Source: Patescibacteria group bacterium
GTDB taxonomy: Bacteria > Patescibacteriota > Patescibacteriia > UBA9934
Length of the DNA stretch: 59,269 bases
Direction: 5' to 3'
Assembly: GCA_018062825.1 (NCBI GenBank)
Contig: JAGORL010000003.1
Location: 138,333 to 197,601, forward strand
The position numbers were made by a program, and so were the translations under genes. Below the pieces are notes generated by a model, which made no database searches, was not told the origin of the DNA, and saw only the letters and a program-made list of their open reading frames with translations. Below are positions 16,633 through 23,667 of this stretch, one piece after another (positions within the stretch are counted from its first letter, which is position 1; each line of letters begins with the position of its first letter).

Positions 16633-16661
16633 ATCGTAGCACGGCCAGTTGCAATAATCAA
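16633..16661 (-). promoter_or_regulatory. Promoter TTGATT-17-(TGC)TACGAT reading into the ORF-less segment
   Basis: The minus strand reads TTGATT (16661-16656), a 17 nt spacer ending in TGC, then TACGAT (16638-16633). Confidence 0.55.
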
Positions 16662-16743
16662 TGTTTTTACCCTTGCAAAATGTACTTTTTTACACAAATC
16701 TCAGAAAATAGGCATTGTAGGTGATATAATATGTCACAGATTT

Positions 16744-17520
16744 ATGACAAAAGTACTCATCTCACTTTTTGAACAGCTTGGTTTGCGGGCTGAGCATGCG
16801 GAAATTTACGAGATACTTTTAAAACAAGGCCCAGCGGCGGCGGGAATGATTGCTAAGAAGAGCCGTCATCAGCGTACTTATGTTTACAAGCTTCTTGATG
16901 AGCTTGTTGATCATGGCGCTTGCGAAAAGCGGGGCAAGGGCGCAAGATTTGTATTTGCTCCACAGGCGCCGACGGTTTTAAAAGATAAAGCTGAAGAATT
17001 GCTTCGTCAGCGAATTGATGATTTAGCCTCGGTCAAGGACGAAATTCCAAAATTGCAGGTATTTTATGAACACGGATCTGAGAAGCCGGTTGTTCGCTAT
17101 TTTCAAGGTGTTGAGGGGGTGCGGTCTATTTATGACGAGCATCTCCAATTGAAGAATCGTAGTCATTTTTTCTTCAGACCTCAGAAGTCGGATGTCTATA
17201 ATGTGGTTTTTGGTCCGTGGTTTAAGGATTTTTTGAAAAGACAGCGTGAGGCAAATATTCGGGTGTATGGCATTACGCCGGAAGACGGGGTAGTGCATGT
17301 AGATGATGAGAAACGTAACTTTCATCGTACTCTGGTGCGAGCTGATGACTATACGGTGCCGGTTGAGATCGCTTCTTATGGCAACACGGTGACAATTATT
17401 TCGTTTGGTAAGGAGATTTTTGGGCTTGCGATCGATCATGCACCCATTGCCCAAGCTATTAAGGAGATCTTCTTGCTTGCTAAAAGAGGAGCGGATACGA
17501 TTCACGTGCCTAAGAAATAG
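16744..17520 (+). CDS. TrmB-family winged-helix transcriptional regulator-like protein
   Basis: N-terminal wHTH (LGLRAEHAEIYEILLKQGPAAAGMIAKKSRHQRTYVYKLLDELVDHG). An extended -10 TGATATAAT lies at 16722-16730. Confidence 0.65.
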   Translation: MTKVLISLFEQLGLRAEHAEIYEILLKQGPAAAGMIAKKSRHQRTYVYKLLDELVDHGACEKRGKGARFVFAPQAPTVLKDKAEELLRQRIDDLASVKDEIPKLQVFYEHGSEKPVVRYFQGVEGVRSIYDEHLQLKNRSHFFFRPQKSDVYNVVFGPWFKDFLKRQREANIRVYGITPEDGVVHVDDEKRNFHRTLVRADDYTVPVEIASYGNTVTIISFGKEIFGLAIDHAPIAQAIKEIFLLAKRGADTIHVPKK

Positions 17521-17523
17521 CCT

Positions 17524-18378
17524 ATGTTGTCTGACGCTACTGAGTTTGTTGTTGTTTGCGCTCGTAACGATGAAGAATCGCTGCAAATCATTAAAATTAC
17601 CGAAGCTTTTAAGATACCTTGTTTCGTTTCTTTGCAGCCGCACGGGGCGCGTCTTGAAAAAGAACCAGATTTTTTACAACGTCTTGCGGATGATTATTCA
17701 CATGCAAAGCGATTGGTGGTTATTGAAATGCCCGGCGTTGAGATGGAGGCACGTTTAGTGGAGCTTGGTTATGAGGTTTCCATTATTGATCATCACCGAT
17801 ATCCGGGGCTTGATCGAATGAAGCAGGAAAGTTCGCTGGAGCAGTTTTTGTCTTTTTTTGCGATTGAGAACGTTGATCTTGAACGACATGGCTTTGATCC
17901 ACTCCTTGTGAGGTCAGTTGGCGTGATCGATCGAGGATTTTTTTGGGAATTAGCAAAGGAAGGGTTTTCTGAAGAGGATCGGCGTAAGGCGATTGCGTAC
18001 TATTTGGCGCTTCGTGATGAGTTGGCGCTTTTTAATCCGGAGGCTGCAGATGAAGCGCGACGTATTTTTGAAGCACGGGAAGAGCGTGATGGCATTTTGA
18101 TTTTTCAGGGAGCGCAGGCGCGTTTTCGGATTCGTGAAGAGCTATCGTTCCTTCTTGCTGAGCATTATCCTGATCAAGAACCGACTTCCATTATCTTTGA
18201 GCGAGATGGGAAGGTGAGTGTGCAAAATACGTTATTTGCCAATACATTATCTGAACGTTTTGGTGGTTATCAGTTTGGAAAAGGGTTGTGTTGGGGGAAA
18301 ATGCTTGAGGAGCCGACAAGTGGCAGAGATACTCTGCCAACACTTTTTGAGCTTTTAGAGATTATTTCGTCAGTATGA
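17524..18378 (+). CDS. Hypothetical protein (284 aa) containing an IIDHH motif
   Basis: Tightly coupled in the operon. SIIDHHRYPG resembles DHH motif III, but the other DHH motifs were not seen. Confidence 0.5.
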   Translation: MLSDATEFVVVCARNDEESLQIIKITEAFKIPCFVSLQPHGARLEKEPDFLQRLADDYSHAKRLVVIEMPGVEMEARLVELGYEVSIIDHHRYPGLDRMKQESSLEQFLSFFAIENVDLERHGFDPLLVRSVGVIDRGFFWELAKEGFSEEDRRKAIAYYLALRDELALFNPEAADEARRIFEAREERDGILIFQGAQARFRIREELSFLLAEHYPDQEPTSIIFERDGKVSVQNTLFANTLSERFGGYQFGKGLCWGKMLEEPTSGRDTLPTLFELLEIISSV

Positions 18379-19127
18379 GCTTTGATTTACCGGCGCTTTT
18401 GCAGTCGCTTGGTTTGTCGGAGCTCGAATCGCGTTTGTATTTACTGGCGGTGCGACTTGGGCCGAGTTCGGCGAGTGTTTTAGCGCGTGAACTTGGTGTT
18501 TCGCGATCGGCGATTTATGAGGCGGCTGGTTTTTTGAAGGCTAAGCGTCTCATGACGCCGATTATTGAGGGCAAGGTAACGGTTTTTGCAGCTGAAGAAC
18601 CTGATCGCCTTCATGGTCACTTTTCTGTTGACTTTGAACGATATAAGAGTGAGTTTGATGCTTTTTGCCGAGTGTTGCCGCAATTGCGTGTTCTTTATGG
18701 CTCTGGTCCAAAGCCGCGAGTACGTTATTTTTCTGGCCAAGAGGGCATGAAGGCGCTTTTTGATGATGTTGAGTACGTCGCGCCAACTGAGCTGCGTGAA
18801 TTTGTGGATCTTGAGAGCATGCGTGACAATATTCCGCGAGAGATCATGCTTGAGGCTCGCAAAGGAGTTAATTACGATCGAACAAAGGTGCGTATGTTGT
18901 GGCGAGAGCCGGTTGATATGGGCATTAAGCCTCGCGTGAATGTTGAGCAAAAGAAATTATCTTCTGATTTTCCAAGATTTTTTGGTAATGTTTGGATTTA
19001 TGCAAACCGAGTTGTTATGCTCAATATGCGTAATGGCTTTGAGGTTGTGATGATCGATCATCAGATTATTGCTGATACGATGACGCTCATGTTTGATTTA
19101 GCATGGAAGTCGGCTGATGAGGCGTAA
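18375..19127 (+). CDS. TrmB-family winged-helix regulator-like protein (paralog of 16744..17520)
   Basis: LGLSELESRLYLLAVRLGPSSASVLARELGVSRSAIYEAAGFLKAKRL. Shares VRYF.G.EG with the first paralog. ATGA start/stop overlap with the upstream gene. Confidence 0.65.
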   Translation: MSFDLPALLQSLGLSELESRLYLLAVRLGPSSASVLARELGVSRSAIYEAAGFLKAKRLMTPIIEGKVTVFAAEEPDRLHGHFSVDFERYKSEFDAFCRVLPQLRVLYGSGPKPRVRYFSGQEGMKALFDDVEYVAPTELREFVDLESMRDNIPREIMLEARKGVNYDRTKVRMLWREPVDMGIKPRVNVEQKKLSSDFPRFFGNVWIYANRVVMLNMRNGFEVVMIDHQIIADTMTLMFDLAWKSADEA

Positions 19128-19129
19128 AT

Positions 19130-20308
19130 ATGGAGTTTGTTAAGCAGCAAAACAATTCATCACCGATTTTGTTCTCTTGGGCGACATCGGTCCTTTCTTT
19201 GCAGCAGGCACAGGCGTTTTTGCAGCTGCAAAGTTTTTCTGCACGCATTCCCGCTCTATCCGCACTTTTTACAACTCCACAAACGCCCCCTTGGCATGGG
19301 GAAGGTTTAACGGTTGCTGATCACCTGGCTCGCATGATGGCAGCGCTTGAGCTTGTTTGTCATGACCCACAATTTTTGCGCCTTGATGTTTGGCAAGATC
19401 ATGATTTGCAGCTTTTTATTCGTGATGTTCAAGCAACCTGCGTACGTCATAAGGATCTTTTACTAGCGTTTATTTTGACGCATGATCTTGCTAAGGCTGA
19501 GACGGTTGTTTTGCAGGGTGTTTCGGGGAGCGTGGGGGAGCGCGAAGGATTTCTTGGGCAGCATGTAGTTACCATGCCTGAGCGCGAGCGTTATCTGAAG
19601 TTAGCGCGAGCAGTTTCCCTTTCCAAGAACGATTCCGCTACTTTGGCGCGTCAGGCTTTTGTTCAGCTGAATGTGCACGCACACTATCCGCTTCATGATC
19701 GTTTAGGGGCGAGTGCTCATTATGGTGAGGTTCGTTTAGCGATTTTGCGCGAACTTACGCTTGATGATAGTTACGCGCGTTTTCTATCAACGCTTATTCG
19801 ATTACACATTGACGCTTTAAGCGCCTGGACTGATCAGCTGGATGTGCGGCGGTTGCAGGCGTTTGATGCTATTGCGCGGCATGCGGGAATTAATGTTGAG
19901 CTTTTTCATGATGTGTTGCCGGCATGTCTTTTACTTGATGGCGTTCTTGGTATTTTGCAGGTTCGTGATGGTGGTTTTGTGGTTGATGCTTCAGTTATAC
20001 GGCATTATTTTCTTTCCGAGCGTGAAGCGTTTCCTCAGCGCCATGAAAAGCGTTTGGCAGGTGAAAAGCGTGTTATTCGTGAGCGAGTACAGGGTATTTT
20101 AGAGCGTCATGACTTGTCGCCGGTTGTGCTCTTTCGTTTACTGCAGACCCCGGTGGGGCCGCAGCGTGGCGAGGTTATGCATGAGGTGTACCATGCGCTA
20201 CGTGAGGAGGGGTATGTGCCACAACTTGGCGCTCAGACTGAGACTTTACTTCCACGCATCGCCCGGGCACGAGCTGAGATTATTCAGGAGGAATTGCCGT
20301 TTTTATGA
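19130..20308 (+). CDS. HD-domain phosphohydrolase-like protein
   Basis: PPWHGEGLTVADHLARM plus ILTHDLAKAE, the H...HD pattern seen in HD domains of CCA-enzyme-type proteins. Confidence 0.55.
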   Translation: MEFVKQQNNSSPILFSWATSVLSLQQAQAFLQLQSFSARIPALSALFTTPQTPPWHGEGLTVADHLARMMAALELVCHDPQFLRLDVWQDHDLQLFIRDVQATCVRHKDLLLAFILTHDLAKAETVVLQGVSGSVGEREGFLGQHVVTMPERERYLKLARAVSLSKNDSATLARQAFVQLNVHAHYPLHDRLGASAHYGEVRLAILRELTLDDSYARFLSTLIRLHIDALSAWTDQLDVRRLQAFDAIARHAGINVELFHDVLPACLLLDGVLGILQVRDGGFVVDASVIRHYFLSEREAFPQRHEKRLAGEKRVIRERVQGILERHDLSPVVLFRLLQTPVGPQRGEVMHEVYHALREEGYVPQLGAQTETLLPRIARARAEIIQEELPFL

Positions 20309-20856
20309 TTGCATTTTTGCAGGGAATTGTTGCGGAAATTGATATCGATAGTACGATTTTAGATGTGCACGGCGTTGGTTATCGAGTTGCCGTAGCGCGA
20401 CCAACTTTTGAAGTTGGAGAAACGGTGAAGTTATACATTTACGAAATTATTCGTGAAGATAAGCATGATCTTTGTGGCTTTTCTCATAAGGAGGATTTAG
20501 CACTTTTTGAAGCGCTTATTGGTGTTCAAGGAATAGGGCAGAAGGTAGCAATGAAAATTCTTTCAACCGGATCATCTGAAAAGATTATTGAAAGCATTGC
20601 TCGAGAAGACGTTGGATTTTTTGGGGGCATCTCTGGAATTGGTAAGAAAACTGCGCAAAAGATCATACTAGAGCTTAAGGGTGTTTTGGTGTCAGGAGCC
20701 CCGGGCGGTATGATGCGTGATGACGTTACTGAGGCGCTTGAGGGGATCGGTTATAGTAAAGAGGATATTCAAGCGGTACTTGAACATGTGCCAGCGCATG
20801 GGGGAACTGAAGTTCGTTTGAAAGAGGCGCTTAAGATACTTGGAGCGAAGCGGTAG
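20305..20856 (+). CDS. ruvA: Holliday junction branch migration complex subunit RuvA
   Basis: MIAFLQGIVAEI...VHGVGYRV plus HhH motifs (GVQGIGQKVA, ISGIGKKTAQKI). ATGA overlap with the upstream gene. Confidence 0.9.
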   Translation: MIAFLQGIVAEIDIDSTILDVHGVGYRVAVARPTFEVGETVKLYIYEIIREDKHDLCGFSHKEDLALFEALIGVQGIGQKVAMKILSTGSSEKIIESIAREDVGFFGGISGIGKKTAQKIILELKGVLVSGAPGGMMRDDVTEALEGIGYSKEDIQAVLEHVPAHGGTEVRLKEALKILGAKR

Positions 20857-20857
20857 T

Positions 20858-21802
20858 ATGGATCGAGAAAATTGGAACGCACTCGTTCGTAAACATCCGC
20901 CGCTATTCGGGGCATTTTTGCAGTCATTTGCCTGGGGTCAATTTCAGGAGCGACTTGGTTTTCAGGTTAGACGCTTTCATGAGCAAGACGAAGCTGGCAG
21001 GGTGGGTTTTGGTCAGGCTATTCGGTTACCGCTGCCTTTTGATTTTGCTTATTGGTATTTACCAAAAGGACCGCTTGGCGACATGGACGCTACGGCACTT
21101 TATGATATAGCTCGTAAAACGTTTTCTAACGAGGCGTTTTTGACAGTAGAAGGTGGTTTGCCGGTTTTTTCTGGAAAAAAAGTGCATGATCGTCAACCGG
21201 CAGTGACTACAGTACTTGATCTGACAAAGTCCTATGAGTCGCTCCTTGCTGGCATGAAGTCAAAGACTCGCTACAATGTTCGATTAGCTGAGAAAAAAGG
21301 GGTGACTATTAAAGTTGGGGGAGTTGAGCTTTTTACAGAGTTTGCTGAACTCATGAAGGTGACGGCGGAGCGTGATGGGTTTTCTATTCATGAACTACAG
21401 CGCTATAAAACCATGCTTGAGGTTGTAAATGATGAAGATATTCAGTCGTATTTAGCGATTGCTTTTTATAATGATAAGCCGTTAGCTGCGAATTTAATGA
21501 TTGATGCTTTTGATACGCGTACGTATTTGCATGGAGCTTCAAGTAATGACGAGCGGCAGGTGATGGCACCGTACGCGCTTCATGCGTATTTGATTCGAGA
21601 TGCGCAAGAAAAGGGCATGCGCACCTATGATTTTTGGGGAGTGGCGCCAACAGATGACGATGAAAAGCACGCTTGGCACGGCATTACGCGATTTAAGATG
21701 GGCTTTGGAGGAGATCGATTGATCATGCCTGGCACGTACGAAATTCCGATTCAGAGATTTGCGTACTTCCTGTATAGAACGGCCAAGAAATTACGACCTT
21801 AA
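20858..21802 (+). CDS. FemAB-family peptidoglycan bridge-forming aminoacyltransferase
   Basis: 314 aa. Typical FLQS..W..F, KTRYNVR and FK.GFGG motifs. The ATG at 20858 comes directly after the ruvA stop. Confidence 0.75.
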   Translation: MDRENWNALVRKHPPLFGAFLQSFAWGQFQERLGFQVRRFHEQDEAGRVGFGQAIRLPLPFDFAYWYLPKGPLGDMDATALYDIARKTFSNEAFLTVEGGLPVFSGKKVHDRQPAVTTVLDLTKSYESLLAGMKSKTRYNVRLAEKKGVTIKVGGVELFTEFAELMKVTAERDGFSIHELQRYKTMLEVVNDEDIQSYLAIAFYNDKPLAANLMIDAFDTRTYLHGASSNDERQVMAPYALHAYLIRDAQEKGMRTYDFWGVAPTDDDEKHAWHGITRFKMGFGGDRLIMPGTYEIPIQRFAYFLYRTAKKLRP

Positions 21803-21807
21803 AGAAG

Positions 21808-21842
21808 AATGAGGCCTCCCGCGCGGCGGGGGCCTCATTTTA
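21808..21842. terminator. Bidirectional GC-rich hairpin terminator between convergent femAB-like gene and tdk
   Basis: AATGAGGCC-loop-GGCCTCATTTT. Confidence 0.7.
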
Positions 21843-22418
21843 GGTGCCGGGTGGCGTGAAGTGCGCCAGGCACCTAGCGGAGTATTCGGAGTCGCCGACC
21901 TTGATGTGGTTGTCGTCGACGCCGTCTAGCACAAGAAGTTGTGAGTAGTGGGCATCTTGGCCGCAGACGCTGCAGTAGGCGTTCAGCTTGATGACCTTGT
22001 GCGCCATGGCGAGGAGGGCGGCGGTTGTCTCGAACGGCTCGCCCTTGAAAGTGAGGTCGAGTCCAGCGATGTGGACATCGTGTCCGCGGCGCATGAGTGT
22101 GGTGATCACGGTTTCGACGCCATTGCGCGGCGCGAACTGCACCTCATCGATCCCGATGACGGGTCGAACGTCATCGTGCCCGTCTTGTGCATGCACGAGT
22201 TCGAGCAGGTCGGCGAAGGTTGCGAAGGTGAGTGCTTGGAGCTGCGTGCCGGTGCGCGAGCGAGCGAGGGCGCTCGTGCGCGTGTCGCGCTCTGGCTTGA
22301 AGAGCAGGTGGTTGCGTTTTGCGTACTTCAAGCGGCTCAAGCGACGAAGCAGTTCGTCGCTTTTACCCGAGAACATGGGGCCCACGATGAGTGTGAGCGA
22401 CCCGTTTTGATGAGTCAT
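21840..22418 (-). CDS. tdk: Thymidine kinase (G+C-rich)
   Basis: From the ATG at 22418 (GGAGG 6 nt upstream): LIVGPMFSGKSDELLRR (P-loop), IDEVQF, and C-terminal zinc-ribbon cysteines (CSVCG...ARC). Confidence 0.85.
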   Translation of the reverse strand: MTHQNGSLTLIVGPMFSGKSDELLRRLSRLKYAKRNHLLFKPERDTRTSALARSRTGTQLQALTFATFADLLELVHAQDGHDDVRPVIGIDEVQFAPRNGVETVITTLMRRGHDVHIAGLDLTFKGEPFETTAALLAMAHKVIKLNAYCSVCGQDAHYSQLLVLDGVDDNHIKVGDSEYSARCLAHFTPPGT

Positions 22419-22530
22419 GGAAGCCTCCGGGGAGCATGGTAGCGAACTGTATTTTTGTGGCGAGAAAGTTGTGCACACTTAGCGACATTTTACGCACACG
22501 TTATCCACAGAATGGTGCTAAAATAGCACT

Positions 22531-23667
22531 ATGCGTATCGGTATTGACGCACGATTTTTTGGTCCACGTGTTGGGGGCGGCGGCTTAGGCCGCTATGTCT
22601 CGGAATTGGTGAACCATTTGCAGATGCTTGATGAGCGCAATGAGTACGTGATTTTTTTGAAGAAAGAAAATTTTGCTGATTTTAAGGTTACTAAGCCAAA
22701 CATCACGAAGCGTCTCGTTGATGTGGCATGGTACTCATTTGCTGAGCAAACCGTTTTGCCCCGCGAAATTTTGGCAGCAAAGGTGGACATGATGCATTTT
22801 CCGCATTGGAATGTGCCGGTTTTTTGCCAAGTGCCGTTTATTGTTACAATTCACGATCTTATCTTGCTCGATGACCCGTCATCGGCACGAGCCACAACTC
22901 GTGGTCCTATTGTTCACGGAGCTAAGTACTTAGGTTTTCGATTAGTTTTAGAAGCGGCGGTGCGCAGGAGTCGCCATATTATTGCTGTATCTGAGGCTAC
23001 TAAGCGTTCGATTTTGAAGCATTTTTCAGTAGCCCCAAGTAAGATTACGGTTATTCATAACGGTGTTCGAGCGCCGGAGGACGGTAAGGGGGTTTCGCTT
23101 CGGGAACTTGGCGTACTTGAACCGTATATACTGTATGTAGGAAATAGCTATCCGCATAAGAATCTTTTTATGCTCTTGGAAGCTTTTTCTATAGTTCACG
23201 CGCAGTTGCCACGCATGCAGCTTGTTTTTGCCGGGAAGCACGATCAGTTTTCGCGCGCCCTCGAGCAAGAGGCGCGGGATCGAGGTTTTGGTTCGGAGCA
23301 CTTTCGATTTATTAATTTACCAACTGATAACGAGCTTGGCGCTTTGTATCGGCACGCTTCCGTTTTGGCGTACCCCTCAAAGATTGAGGGTTTCGGTATA
23401 CCGCCTCTTGAAGCTATGTGGTGTGGTACTCCGGTTGTTTGTTCAAATACTACGTCACTACCAGAAATTGTGGGCGACGCTGCCCAGACTGTTTCTCCGG
23501 ATGATCCGCAACGTTTTTCTCAGGCCCTTCTTGCGGCTATAGCTCGTAAGCCTGAAGTTGTGCGCATGATCGATCATGGCAAAAAGCGTGTTCATCAGTT
23601 TTTATGGGAGGACGCAGCGGGGAAGACTTTAGAGGCATACTTATCGCATGGCATTCGCCGCTTGTGA
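22531..23667 (+). CDS. Glycosyltransferase family 4
   Basis: GT4 C-terminal EGFGIPPLEAM motif. (TGC)TAAAAT -10 at 22516-22524, only 6 nt from the ATG. Confidence 0.8.
   Translation: MRIGIDARFFGPRVGGGGLGRYVSELVNHLQMLDERNEYVIFLKKENFADFKVTKPNITKRLVDVAWYSFAEQTVLPREILAAKVDMMHFPHWNVPVFCQVPFIVTIHDLILLDDPSSARATTRGPIVHGAKYLGFRLVLEAAVRRSRHIIAVSEATKRSILKHFSVAPSKITVIHNGVRAPEDGKGVSLRELGVLEPYILYVGNSYPHKNLFMLLEAFSIVHAQLPRMQLVFAGKHDQFSRALEQEARDRGFGSEHFRFINLPTDNELGALYRHASVLAYPSKIEGFGIPPLEAMWCGTPVVCSNTTSLPEIVGDAAQTVSPDDPQRFSQALLAAIARKPEVVRMIDHGKKRVHQFLWEDAAGKTLEAYLSHGIRRL

Noticed and set aside
14790-16640. Explaining the G+C-rich islands as metagenome assembly or binning chimeras
   Set aside because: This is tentatively rejected. 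Island boundaries fall in intergenic DNA carrying backbone-type extended -10 promoters, ordinary terminators and the genome's own dispersed repeat, and the islands are short and internal to the contig. It cannot be excluded without read-level evidence, so it is listed as a refutation route in the findings.
17023-17643. ORF 17023..17643 (-), 206 aa, and other long antisense ORFs inside aaRS genes (for example 49415..50026, 50696..51223, 53320..53703)
   Set aside because: They are antisense to well-supported genes (TrmB-like, valS, argS). Their translations are Arg/Asn/Leu/Ile-rich with no motifs.
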